Shown here: positions 18,647-28,380 of the stretch, piece by piece | Position numbering within the stretch: the first letter of the stretch is position 1 | How the letters are laid out: each line of letters starts with the position of its first letter | NCBI GenBank assembly: GCA_035994985.1 | Contig: DASYKZ010000013.1 | Location: 1,834-65,833, forward strand | Direction of reading: 5' to 3' | Length of the DNA: 64,000 nucleotides | DNA from: Minisyncoccota bacterium | GTDB taxonomy: Bacteria > Patescibacteriota > Minisyncoccia > Phycocordibacterales > UBA9973 | Made by a program: the position numbers and the translations under genes | The notes under the pieces: generated by a model | Told to the model about the DNA's origin: nothing | Seen by the model: only the letters and a program-made list of their open reading frames with translations | The model's database searches: none

Positions 18647-19750
18647 CATTATCGCCCCCAGAACAAAAAATAAATATTCAAAAGAAGGGACAAAAAATAA
18701 AATACAAATGGCGAGAAGGGGACCGATAATAAAAGCAAAAGGAAACATATTTCTATACACGCCGATTAGTCCCGCGTCAGAGGCATTAATTTTTTTGAAA
18801 AAATAACTTTCATCCATCACTTCGATAGTGGCTGCCCCGATTCTCGTCATAAATAATACGAGGGCCCACACAAAAATATTTTTAGTGTTAAGAAAATAAA
18901 TAGTAATGGTAGCTACGGCAATAATAAAAAATCCAAAAATCAATAATTTTCTTTCGCCAATCGTGTCCGACAAGCGGCCGAGCGGATAATCCAAGAGGAC
19001 AAACGGCACGAGCATCACAGTCAAGATAGCTCCGATGCTTTTCCATTCAAAGCCGATGTATTGGTGCAGATATATCGGTGTGTAAATTATCATCCAGGAG
19101 TAAAAAAAACAAAGTAGGAATTCGCTAAAGTAAATTCTTTTTAAATCTATGTCTCTTCCAGCCTGTGTCAAAGTTTCGCGCACAGAAATTTTCTTATAGA
19201 GTGGGTCTTTGAAATTTTTCAAATGAGGGAAGATAAAAAAGAATGAAGAGAATGTAAAGAGTGCCGCCAGCGCGTATACTCCAAAGTAAGAGCCTCTCGA
19301 GAGAGTAAACACGGCGATGGAGGGCGCTATAACCAGCGCCAGGTTTATAATCGTGAGAAAGCTTCCCCGTGTCCTTCCGACTATTCCTTTTACGGTAAAT
19401 TCTTCGATAAAGACATCGCGGGTGAGGACCAGGCAATAGTTGGTAACAGTATACAGCAGGAAAGAAATTACGATGACATAGCTCGATTTAGCAAAGCCCA
19501 TGCTAAGAAGCACGAGGGAATTAGCGAGGACAAAGAATATGGTGGTTTTATAGTTTCCAAAACGGCTGAGCACACGGGGCATTTCAAGCAGAACCAATAT
19601 AGACAGGATAGAAGCAACTGTAAAGATAAGGCCTACCAGCTTTTCGCTGACTGCGGTCTCCAAAAAGCTCGAATTGATATATACCACGAGCGCGTATTGG
19701 ATAGAGAAAATAAAGCTTATAGAATAGAGGAGCTTGAATGGATGTTTCAT
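18602..19750 (-). CDS. MFS transporter
   Basis: About 12 TMs; motif-A-like GRLSDTIGERK. Confidence 0.9.
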   Translation of the reverse strand: MKHPFKLLYSISFIFSIQYALVVYINSSFLETAVSEKLVGLIFTVASILSILVLLEMPRVLSRFGNYKTTIFFVLANSLVLLSMGFAKSSYVIVISFLLYTVTNYCLVLTRDVFIEEFTVKGIVGRTRGSFLTIINLALVIAPSIAVFTLSRGSYFGVYALAALFTFSSFFFIFPHLKNFKDPLYKKISVRETLTQAGRDIDLKRIYFSEFLLCFFYSWMIIYTPIYLHQYIGFEWKSIGAILTVMLVPFVLLDYPLGRLSDTIGERKLLIFGFFIIAVATITIYFLNTKNIFVWALVLFMTRIGAATIEVMDESYFFKKINASDAGLIGVYRNMFPFAFIIGPLLAICILFFVPSFEYLFFVLGAIMLLGFLSALRLQDAK

Positions 19751-19756
19751 GATTAA

Positions 19757-21688
19757 TTAGACGCTCAATATCACAGGTATGACCAAAGGCCTTTTTTCCG
19801 TTTTTTGATATAAGAATTTTGATACATTCTCTCCGAGTTCCGCCTTGATGAGGTCAAAATTGTCCGTTCGCGCCCTGGCTGCGGCATCTTCAACTAATTT
19901 TTTAATTATGATTCTCACTTGCCGCAGCAGTTCCTGATTTTCTTTCAAGTATACGAACCCGCGGGAAATGAGGTCGGGAGATTTTTTTAACTTTCCGGTT
20001 TTTTGGTCGAGAAGGGCGATGATGACAAACATTCCGTCCTGGGCAAGCATTACCCGGTCGCGCATGACCACTTCCTGCACATCTCCCACCGAAAGCCCGT
20101 CGACGACCATCATCGTGGCCGGAGCTTTTTCTTTGCGGACAGATATTTTTTCTCCTTTAGTTATTTCTACGATAGTTCCATTGTCCGGCACTACGATATT
20201 TTCCTTAGGAAAATTATTCCGTTCGCGGATGATTTGGGCGTGGATGCGCAGCATCGAATGGTTTCCATATCCCGGCATAAAGAATTTTGGATTGACGGCT
20301 TTGTTTATCCAGACGAGGTCTTCCTGCCTCGCGTGTCCGCCGGAGTGGATTTCCGCGATTCCGTAGTGGATAAGTTTCAGGTCGTGCCGGTACAGATGGT
20401 CTTTCAATTTTTGGATGTTGACTTCGTTTCCCGGAATCACCGATGAAGAAAACATGACGGTATCCTGCGCGTTTAATCTGATATATTTATGTTTGCCGGT
20501 CGCCATCCGCATCAACGCCGCGAATTCCTCGCCTTGCGCTCCGGTAGCTATGACCACGATGCGGTTTGGCGGATAGTTGTCTATATCCTGGGCCTGGATA
20601 AATGTATCTGGTTTCGGCTTCATCAGTTCGGCGAGCTTGGCTATGTCGACGTTGTTCTTCATGCTGCGGCCTTCCACCACAATTTTTTTATTGTATTTCT
20701 CGCAGATTTCTACAATTTTTATCATACGGTCAAATTGCGAGGCAAAGGTCCCGATGATGAGCCGGCCGTTTGTCGTCCGGATTATTTCCTCTATATTTTT
20801 CTGGACTTCTTTTTCAGATATTGAAAATCCGGGGACTTCGGCGTTGGTCGAGTCGGCGATGAGGAGCAAGTTTTTTTGCTTGCCGAGGCCTGTCCACTTT
20901 TTTTCTTCTTTCGGGGTCGGCTTGCCGGCCTCATGCTCTAGCTTCATATCTCCTGACACGATTATATTTCCGTCCGGAGTGCCTACTATTACCCCCATGG
21001 AGTCGGGAATCGAATGATATACCGGGAAAAAGCCCAAAGAAAGCTGGTTAAACTTAATTTTTGTATCTTCATCCACTACGTGCAGAGTAAGGGGCGCCTT
21101 ATTAGGATATTCTTCCTGCCGTTTCTTTATCATCAGCATGGTCAGGTTTTGGCCATATATTGGCGGGTTGCCGATGCGGTCCATAATAAATGGTATGCCG
21201 CCGATATGGTCCAAGTGGCCGTGAGTTATGGCTACTGCCCGGATTTTGTCCTTTCGCTCCTCCAGATATTTGAAATTAGGCAATGTGAAATCCGCGCCCA
21301 TAGCTTCTTCTTCATCTATAAAGTGGAAACCGACGTCCAAGACAATGATGTCGTCCTTCGACTCCACTAAGAGCATATTACGTCCTACTTCTTCCACTCC
21401 GCCAAGCGGAATAATACGGATGACATCTTCTCCGGGTGGTGGAATTTTACTTTCGGTTTTAAATGGGCTTTTTCCTCTCATGCTTCCTTTAGACGGACCA
21501 TGCCCTCCTTTGGAGTATTGGTATGTAGAGCTTTTAGATGACCTGGTCTTTTCCCTGGTTTTTGGTCTTCCAGCCGGACGATTTTGTGGATGGCCCGCGT
21601 TTTGTGCATGCGGAGCGGGGTGAGAGGCTTTAGGTTTTTTGTCTTCTTCTCTCACGAGAGAGCTGAAGGGTAGTCTTGTTTTTTTCAT
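19757..21688 (-). CDS. rnj: Ribonuclease J
   Basis: PLGGVEEVGRN, THGHLDHIG, HSIPD, ADSTNA, HSGGH; disordered basic N-terminal extension. Confidence 0.95.
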   Translation of the reverse strand: MKKTRLPFSSLVREEDKKPKASHPAPHAQNAGHPQNRPAGRPKTREKTRSSKSSTYQYSKGGHGPSKGSMRGKSPFKTESKIPPPGEDVIRIIPLGGVEEVGRNMLLVESKDDIIVLDVGFHFIDEEEAMGADFTLPNFKYLEERKDKIRAVAITHGHLDHIGGIPFIMDRIGNPPIYGQNLTMLMIKKRQEEYPNKAPLTLHVVDEDTKIKFNQLSLGFFPVYHSIPDSMGVIVGTPDGNIIVSGDMKLEHEAGKPTPKEEKKWTGLGKQKNLLLIADSTNAEVPGFSISEKEVQKNIEEIIRTTNGRLIIGTFASQFDRMIKIVEICEKYNKKIVVEGRSMKNNVDIAKLAELMKPKPDTFIQAQDIDNYPPNRIVVIATGAQGEEFAALMRMATGKHKYIRLNAQDTVMFSSSVIPGNEVNIQKLKDHLYRHDLKLIHYGIAEIHSGGHARQEDLVWINKAVNPKFFMPGYGNHSMLRIHAQIIRERNNFPKENIVVPDNGTIVEITKGEKISVRKEKAPATMMVVDGLSVGDVQEVVMRDRVMLAQDGMFVIIALLDQKTGKLKKSPDLISRGFVYLKENQELLRQVRIIIKKLVEDAAARARTDNFDLIKAELGENVSKFLYQKTEKRPLVIPVILSV

Positions 21689-21708
21689 TTATATTTTTTT
21701 ATTATTAA

Positions 21709-23511
21709 TTAGTGAGCGAATATTTTCCAAACATTATATTTTTCCTTGTTCCATAGATATACTTGCGCGAAACGGTCCGAAGGGAAAGTGACGTGGCCGA
21801 CGGAAACTCCCATAAGATTTGATGATACTACATATATAAAGTCTGGCGTGTACAAGAAAATTGCCGGCATGTCTTTCTTGATTTCGTTTTCAAACTGGAT
21901 ATATTTTTTAGTTCTCGCCCCTGTATTGATTGTAAGAGACGCATCTTCCAAAATTTTGTCCACCGCTGCGTTGGTGTACATGGCTATGTTGAGCCCCGGA
22001 TCTTTTCTTTGGGAAGAATGCCAGAAAGCAAAGAGGTCAGATTCGTTGTTGATAATCTGTCCAAAGAGGAGCGCGTCATACTCCCGCGGACGGATTACGT
22101 CTTGGTTCAAAGTTCCAACTTCAAAAGTTTTTATGTCGACTTTGATTCCGATTACTTTCAAATCTTCCTGTATCTTCGAAGCAGCCTTCACAAGCTCCGG
22201 AGCGTCGCTCGTAGATATAGAAAACTCGAGCGGGGTAGTCGTCTTTTTGCCTACAGCTACAGATTTGCCTTTTACGACCTTTTTTTCTTGGGATGTTTTT
22301 TCCAGATACCCTTCGCTATTTTTTGTCCAGCCATCGTCGCTCAAGCCTTTTTCTACTTTTTGTAAAATCTCTTCACGGGAAGCTTGGCTGTCTGTGTTTG
22401 ATGCATCTGATTGCTGATATTGGGTCATGCCGGGGGGTATAGGTCCGTCTATAATGACTCCATAGCCCGAGAGCACTTCGCGCACTATCCCGTCTTTGTC
22501 TATCGCTTGGTTTATGGCGCTAATGACGACCTTGTCCGCAAAAAGCCTGTTGGCATTTTGGTTGAAGAAAAGTCCGAACACTCTCGGCAGCACCGCAAAC
22601 TCTATTTTATAGCCGGCCTTTTTTAGGTTCTCTGCATTTGTGGGGGAGATAGAGCTGATTTGGCTTACCTGCCTGTTTTCGAGGGCCTTTACCATGTCGT
22701 CTTCATTGGAATAAAAATGCAAATCTATATTATCTATATATGGCCTCCCCAGCGCAAACTTTTTGAACGACGCCAGTTCATAGCTGTCTATGGCGCCCGA
22801 GCCTTCCTTGCTTACGTTTGTTACCATATACGGTCCCGAGCCGACGGGGTTTGTGTTTACAGAATTTAATTCTATCGGCGACCCGCTCCATAGATGCGTC
22901 GGCAGGATTCCGAGCGTCGTATTTTCCAGGAATGAGGCAAAAGGCTGCCTGAGCTTGAATTCAATAGTTTTCTCATCGAGTTTGGAAACAGTTACTCCGT
23001 CCCAGTTTGCCTTGTGCGGACTTTTGATGACAGAATCTTTGACCGTGTTTATGGTAAATACTATGTCGTCAATAGTGACCGGCTTGCCGTCATGGAAATA
23101 AATATTGTCTTTTAAAGTGAAAGTGTAGGTAAGTCCGTCTGCTGAAACCTCATATTTCTCGGCCAAGTCGGGAATCAGGTTTCCGCTTGAGTCTTTTCTC
23201 ATCAGCCCAGAATAAACGAGCGACACCATGTCTTGGTCAGCAGAGGAAGTTGCAAGTATTGGATTTGCAAAGCGGGGAGCGCCGACAATTCCTTCTGATA
23301 TAGACCCGCCGTACATGGGCACGCCCACCATGAAATAATTATTAATACTGTTTAATATTAAGAGCGTGCTCAAGAGTAGGGTGGCCACAAGTACGGAAAA
23401 AACGATTCTTTCTTTTTTAGAAAAGGTAAGAAGAGCAGAATTTATCTGAGCCATTTTTGGTAACTTTGAACCAGCCTTAAGCTTAGGTATGCGGTTATAG
23501 AAATTTTCCAT
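21709..23511 (-). CDS. ABC peptide-binding protein (family 5, OppA/DppA-like), TM anchored
   Basis: PDLAEKYEVSADGLTYTFTLK..FHDG, PVGSGPY. Confidence 0.9.
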   Translation of the reverse strand: MENFYNRIPKLKAGSKLPKMAQINSALLTFSKKERIVFSVLVATLLLSTLLILNSINNYFMVGVPMYGGSISEGIVGAPRFANPILATSSADQDMVSLVYSGLMRKDSSGNLIPDLAEKYEVSADGLTYTFTLKDNIYFHDGKPVTIDDIVFTINTVKDSVIKSPHKANWDGVTVSKLDEKTIEFKLRQPFASFLENTTLGILPTHLWSGSPIELNSVNTNPVGSGPYMVTNVSKEGSGAIDSYELASFKKFALGRPYIDNIDLHFYSNEDDMVKALENRQVSQISSISPTNAENLKKAGYKIEFAVLPRVFGLFFNQNANRLFADKVVISAINQAIDKDGIVREVLSGYGVIIDGPIPPGMTQYQQSDASNTDSQASREEILQKVEKGLSDDGWTKNSEGYLEKTSQEKKVVKGKSVAVGKKTTTPLEFSISTSDAPELVKAASKIQEDLKVIGIKVDIKTFEVGTLNQDVIRPREYDALLFGQIINNESDLFAFWHSSQRKDPGLNIAMYTNAAVDKILEDASLTINTGARTKKYIQFENEIKKDMPAIFLYTPDFIYVVSSNLMGVSVGHVTFPSDRFAQVYLWNKEKYNVWKIFAH

Positions 23512-23541
23512 AAGAAGAAATTTTAAACGTAGAAGATGTAT

Positions 23542-23784
23542 TTAGCTGCTTGCCTTTATCAAGATAGATAAAAATGCAAATGCGGCAAAAAGAATCGAAC
23601 AAACAATAGACAAGTAAAAGAGAAACTTTTCAAATCCCCGGCGAGTGTGGTGAAAGCTTCCGGTATCATTGCCGCCTAAAGCGCCACCCAAGCCTGCTCC
23701 GGACTGCTGGAGCATAATAGCTGTTACCAATATTACAGAAAGGATAATCTGCGCGTACGGCAGAATATTCGCTATTAGATTCAT
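23542..23784 (-). CDS. secG: Preprotein translocase subunit SecG
   Basis: Two TMs around LQQSGAGLGGALGG...TRRG. Confidence 0.9.
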   Translation of the reverse strand: MNLIANILPYAQIILSVILVTAIMLQQSGAGLGGALGGNDTGSFHHTRRGFEKFLFYLSIVCSILFAAFAFLSILIKASS

Positions 23785-24117
23785 ATAGACCCATTATCGC
23801 ATATAGGGTCCAAAAAGGCAAACTTGTTCAAAAAAGCTCCTATTTTATGACTAAATTCCCACTAAAAGTTATCCACAGTTTTTCCACTACTATTATTTAT
23901 AAGGAATATAATATATGAGAATACGAAGTTTGTTATTCATGGTCATCCTTCCGAAGATTCGTAAAGAATTTTCAAACCATTATTAATGGTTGTTAATTTG
24001 AAAGTTTGGAGAAATTTTCAAATATCCTACCGACTCATCCTATAGATATCCTACCTACGGGGCTCCCACACGGCAGCCCCCATTCCTTTTTTGTAGCAGA
24101 TATTGTATATTAAAATA

Positions 24118-25125
24118 ATGAATATTTTAGATTTATTTCAAAAGCTATTCCACAATTTCAACTCTAGGGCGATGAAGGACGCCACCATAGCCTTCAAAAA
24201 ACATTTAGATGACGGCGGCAAGATGATGCTCGCCATGGGCGGAGCCATGTCTTCGGCGCAGATGGGCATCACGCTTGCGGCGATGATAAAAGAAAACAAG
24301 ATTCATGCCATTTCCTGCACTGGTGCAAACCTTGAAGAATCAGTTTTCAGGTTGGTAGCTCACGACAGCTACAAGGACTATCCCGACTATAGATATTTCA
24401 CCAAAGAAGACGACCAGAAAATTTTGGAAAGAGGCGAGCGCCGGGTGACGGATACATCCATACCCGAAGAAGAAGCTTTTCGCGTCGTCGAGCCGATTAT
24501 TTTAAAGCAATGGAAAGATGCCGAAGCCAAAGGCGAGCGGTACTTTCCGCACGAATATTTTTACCAAATTCTATTGTCGGACGACAAAGAAAATAGTTTG
24601 AAAGATAAATACGAAGGCAATCCGGAATACTGCTGGCTCTTGGAAGCAGCCAAGAAAAATCTTCCGATGGTGGTGCCGGGCTGGGAAGATTCCACTCTCG
24701 GAAACATTTTTGCCGGATACTGCAAGGCAGCAGATGGAGAAACAGGCGTCAGCCCGACCGTCATGAAGACTGGTGTGGAATATATGATGTCATTATACGA
24801 TTCATACATAGAGCTTTCTAAAGACGGGCCAGGGCTTGGATTTTTCCAAATTGGCGGCGGAATTGCTGGAGACTTTCCAATCTGCGTCGTGCCTTCCATA
24901 AAATATGATTTGAAAAAACCCGTGCGCCCGTGGGGATATTTCTGCCAGATTTCAGACTCTACTACTTCATATGGCTCATATTCCGGCGCGACGCCAAATG
25001 AAAAAATCACTTGGGACAAGCTGACCAAAGATACTCCGATGTTTGTCATAGAATCCGATGCCACCATCGTCGCTCCGCTCATCTTTGAAGCTATTTTAGA
25101 CAGGTATACTTTGAGCGAGAAATAA
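24118..25125 (+). CDS. Deoxyhypusine synthase-like protein (probable homospermidine synthase)
   Basis: TGANLEE, DSTLG, IGGGIAGD, GSYSGA.PNEKITWDK. Confidence 0.9.
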   Translation: MNILDLFQKLFHNFNSRAMKDATIAFKKHLDDGGKMMLAMGGAMSSAQMGITLAAMIKENKIHAISCTGANLEESVFRLVAHDSYKDYPDYRYFTKEDDQKILERGERRVTDTSIPEEEAFRVVEPIILKQWKDAEAKGERYFPHEYFYQILLSDDKENSLKDKYEGNPEYCWLLEAAKKNLPMVVPGWEDSTLGNIFAGYCKAADGETGVSPTVMKTGVEYMMSLYDSYIELSKDGPGLGFFQIGGGIAGDFPICVVPSIKYDLKKPVRPWGYFCQISDSTTSYGSYSGATPNEKITWDKLTKDTPMFVIESDATIVAPLIFEAILDRYTLSEK

Positions 25126-25129
25126 AACC

Positions 25130-26095
25130 ATGAAAAGCGTTCTTAGATTTTTCATACTTCTCCTTATCTTGGGAGCTATTGTCTATCACTTTCGGGCAGA
25201 GCTTATGAATAAGTTTGAGCTCGCCAAGTCGCAAATTTTTCCAGACTCACCTTGCATAGAGCCTATACCGTATACACTCGGCACCTTTGATGCCAAGTTT
25301 GGAATTTCCAAAGAATACTTCCTCGGCGCTCTGGCCGACGCCGAGGCTGTCTGGGAAAAGCCGCAAGGAGACTATTCCGGTAAAAATCTTTTTGAATATG
25401 TTCCGGCGGATTCCGGCAATAGCGTCATGAAGTTAAATTTAATTTATGATTACCGCCAGCAGGCGACGAGCAAATTGAGCAGTCTCGGCATAGTCGTCAA
25501 TGACAATAGGGCTTCATACGATATGCTCAAGGCCAAATTTGATGCGCTCAAAATACAGCTTGATAAAGACAAGACTTCTTTCAATGCCAAAGTAGCGGCT
25601 TTCAACAGAAGGGGGCAGGCCTACGAAAAAGAAGTAAAATATTGGAATGCGAGGGGCGGCGCATCCGGAGAAGAATACAATAAACTCCAAGCGGAAAAAT
25701 CAGCCCTAGACATTGAGTCCAGACAAATACAAATTTTGCAAAACAATCTGAACGGAAAGACAGACGAGGTAAATGCACTCGTCGTCACTTTAAACAGGCT
25801 TATCACCTCGCTCAATCTTTCCGTCGAAAAATACAACACCACGAGCACCGCGCGCGGAGAGAGCTTTGAGGAAGGAGTGTATAGCAGCGATGGGTTGCGT
25901 AAGGAAATAGATATCTATGAATTTAGCAACCGCGCGAAGCTGGTGCGGGTGCTCGCGCACGAGCTTGGGCACTCGCTCGGCCTTGAGCATGTGGCTGACC
26001 CAAAAGCCATCATGTATAAATTAAACCAAGGCAACAGCGAAGCATTGACCGCGGACGATCTCGCCGCCTTACAAAAGCTTTGCGGTGTAAAATAG
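25130..26095 (+). CDS. Matrixin-like zinc metalloprotease with coiled-coil insert
   Basis: HELGHSLGLEH plus Met-turn AIMY; N-terminal TM. Confidence 0.9.
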   Translation: MKSVLRFFILLLILGAIVYHFRAELMNKFELAKSQIFPDSPCIEPIPYTLGTFDAKFGISKEYFLGALADAEAVWEKPQGDYSGKNLFEYVPADSGNSVMKLNLIYDYRQQATSKLSSLGIVVNDNRASYDMLKAKFDALKIQLDKDKTSFNAKVAAFNRRGQAYEKEVKYWNARGGASGEEYNKLQAEKSALDIESRQIQILQNNLNGKTDEVNALVVTLNRLITSLNLSVEKYNTTSTARGESFEEGVYSSDGLRKEIDIYEFSNRAKLVRVLAHELGHSLGLEHVADPKAIMYKLNQGNSEALTADDLAALQKLCGVK

Positions 26096-26131
26096 GGTGG
26101 TGTATAATTAGTGTATTATAAATATTTAATA

Positions 26132-26209
26132 AAATTGTGCCGCGTTTTAAGTCGCATCTAAACTGAGGACGCGACATGATTCAGCAGAATCAATTACGCG
26201 GCATGATTT
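26132..26209 (+). promoter_or_regulatory. Structured 5' leader (three-way junction)
   Basis: 14-bp outer stem AAATTGTGCCGCGT/ACGCGGCATGATTT encloses two hairpins, ending 11 nt before the ATG. Confidence 0.5.
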
Positions 26210-26220
26210 CGCAAAATCAT

Positions 26221-26373
26221 ATGCTTACAACTATCGCAGCTGTTTTAATTGTTCTTTGGCTTATAGGGTATATAGGTTTTCCGGTATTGGGAAGCTTTGT
26301 GCATATCCTTCTTTTGATAGCCGTCATCTTCTTCCTCATCCGCATTATTCGCGGAGAAAACCCATTGAAATAA
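26221..26373 (+). CDS. Small membrane protein, lmo0937/DUF5670 family
   Basis: MLTTIAAVLIVLWLIG...VHILLLIAVI..LIRII; paralog at 37606 supports this start. Confidence 0.8.
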   Translation: MLTTIAAVLIVLWLIGYIGFPVLGSFVHILLLIAVIFFLIRIIRGENPLK

Positions 26374-26401
26374 AGGGTATTATTAGTTTAACTTAAAACA
26401 T

Positions 26402-26758
26402 ATGGATTCATTTACTTCACCGACCACAAAGCCATTGTACCGGGGCACGCAAGTCGTCTGGTATATCTTAGGTGTCTTGGAAATTTTATTGGCCTTTCGT
26501 TTTGCCCTAAAATTACTGGCGGCAAATCCAAATGCCGGATTTAGCAATTTTATTTATAAAGTTACCTATATTTTCGCAGCTCCATTTCTAAACGTATTTC
26601 AAATAAGCAGGGTAGAGGGCAGTATTTTTGAATGGACTACCATTCTTGCCATGCTCGTATATTGGCTCGTCGCCTGGGGCATCATCAAAATATTTCTTAT
26701 GAGCAAGAGCGTGTCCACTCCAGAAGCGGCAGTCAAACTGGAAAATCAGGAAAAATAA
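26402..26758 (+). CDS. YggT-like membrane protein
   Basis: LAFRFALKLLAANP...F..FIY.VT..F..PF; paralog at 35112. Confidence 0.8.
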   Translation: MDSFTSPTTKPLYRGTQVVWYILGVLEILLAFRFALKLLAANPNAGFSNFIYKVTYIFAAPFLNVFQISRVEGSIFEWTTILAMLVYWLVAWGIIKIFLMSKSVSTPEAAVKLENQEK

Positions 26759-26771
26759 CTCTAATAAATAC

Positions 26772-28046
26772 ATGAATACAAAAGTTAAAAAATTAATAGC
26801 GATAATTCTCGCATTGATTATTTTGGCAGGCATAGGTTTTATTATTTTCAAGAAACATATCGGCGGTATCAGCATCCCAAGCAGGACGGACAATATTGCC
26901 AAGCAAAATCCTGCCGGCGGGGAAGAGGTTTCTTTTTTAAAAGCTCCGGACGGTTTCCGGGTCAGCTTGTATGCCAAGGGTTTGCCGGGTGCGCGGGTTA
27001 TCGAAATCGACCCCAAAGGGCGTATATTAGTTTCCGAAACAAGTGAAGGCAAGATAATGGCACTGTCGGACACAGATAGTGACGGCGTTGCCGACCAGCA
27101 AAAAGTTTTACAAAGCGGGCTTGAAAGTCCCCATGGCATGGCTTTCAAGTGCGCCGAAGACAACAGTGACAATTGTTCTCTATATGTAGCCGAAAGAAAT
27201 CAGCTTGTCCGTTTCTCATATGACGCCGACGGTCCCTCTCTCGGCAAAAAGGAAGTGCTTATGGGCATAAGTTCAGCCATTACCGACCACCATTTTACAA
27301 GGTCGCTTCTTTTCCTGCCTTCTCCGAACGAAGACACACTGCTTGTTTCCGTCGGCTCTTCCTGCAATATCTGCAATGAAAAAGATACCGACCATGCTTC
27401 TATACTTTCTTACAACATAAAAACCGGCAAAAAAGAAGTGTATGCCAAGGGCCTCCGCAATGCCACGTTTATGGCCTTGAGTCCCGTTAGTGGAAAAGTG
27501 TTTGCCACAGAGATGGGGCGCGATAGCCTCGGCGATAATATTCCACCGGATGAAATAAATATAATCAATGGAAATAGCCCTTCGGCAAGCTCAGGACAAA
27601 ATTCGATTCCGAATTTTGGTTGGCCGATTTGCTATGGCAAGCAGATACACGATACCCAGTTTGACAAGAAACAATATTTCCGCGACCCTTGCAGTGACAC
27701 CGTTCCTTCTTTTATAGATTTACAGGCGCATTCCGCCCCGCTCGGGCTTTCGTTTGTTCCTGAAAGTCCGCCAACTGGCGGATGGCCGGAAGATTATTGG
27801 TACAACATGCTCGTCGCCTATCATGGCTCTTGGAACCGCTCTACACCCACTGGATATAAAATAGTGCGAATAAAAATGAACGCTAAAGGCGAATACCTCG
27901 GCACCGAAGATTTCATCACTGGATTTCTAAATTCTGATGGAAAAAAGAATGGCCGCCCCGTGGAAATAAAAATTCTCTCTGGCGGTGTAGCTTATATTTC
28001 CGATGATAGCGCCGGAGCTGTTTACAAGTTATCCGTAGTACAGTAA
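26772..28046 (+). CDS. PQQ-dependent sugar/sorbosone dehydrogenase family beta-propeller
   Basis: VSVGSSCN, GLRNA, PPDEIN, FGWP.CY, AHSAPLG, AYHGSWNR, ISDD. Confidence 0.9.
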   Translation: MNTKVKKLIAIILALIILAGIGFIIFKKHIGGISIPSRTDNIAKQNPAGGEEVSFLKAPDGFRVSLYAKGLPGARVIEIDPKGRILVSETSEGKIMALSDTDSDGVADQQKVLQSGLESPHGMAFKCAEDNSDNCSLYVAERNQLVRFSYDADGPSLGKKEVLMGISSAITDHHFTRSLLFLPSPNEDTLLVSVGSSCNICNEKDTDHASILSYNIKTGKKEVYAKGLRNATFMALSPVSGKVFATEMGRDSLGDNIPPDEINIINGNSPSASSGQNSIPNFGWPICYGKQIHDTQFDKKQYFRDPCSDTVPSFIDLQAHSAPLGLSFVPESPPTGGWPEDYWYNMLVAYHGSWNRSTPTGYKIVRIKMNAKGEYLGTEDFITGFLNSDGKKNGRPVEIKILSGGVAYISDDSAGAVYKLSVVQ

Positions 28047-28080
28047 ATTTATCAGAACAAAAGATGTGTTATAATAGAGT

Positions 28081-28296
28081 ATGTTTCAAAATTATTTACT
28101 TAAAAAGATGCTTCGCACTCAAGGCGTGCCGCCGGGGCAAATCGATGCCTTTGTCACCATGATTGAAAAAAATCCTGAGCTTTTCAAAAAGATTGCCGCT
28201 GAAGTAGAGGGGAAAGTAAAAGGGGGAATGGACCAAATGCAGGCCGGCATGGAAGTCATGCAGAAATACCAAGACGAGCTCAAGAAATTGGTCTAA
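28081..28296 (+). CDS. Small helical hypothetical protein
   Basis: 71-aa ORF directly after TGTTATAAT. Confidence 0.75.
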   Translation: MFQNYLLKKMLRTQGVPPGQIDAFVTMIEKNPELFKKIAAEVEGKVKGGMDQMQAGMEVMQKYQDELKKLV

Positions 28297-28322
28297 AACC
28301 TTATTTAAAAAAGATACATAGG

Positions 28323-28376
28323 TTACTTGTCAATTACTTGACAATTAAATATAGATTGGTTTACAATTGGTTTACA
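28323..28376 (+). promoter_or_regulatory. Promoter with two pairs of 11-bp tandem repeats
   Basis: TTACTTGTCAA/TTACTTGACAA and ATTGGTTTACA x2 over TTGACA-N18-TACAAT. Confidence 0.6.
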
Positions 28377-28380
28377 ATCT

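Noticed and set aside
23785-24117. Replication origin
   Set aside because: Only one perfect DnaA box here; no box cluster and no dnaA/dnaN nearby.
26910-26921. CCTGCCGGCGGG as another in-frame palindrome
   Set aside because: Too short and imperfect to distinguish from chance.
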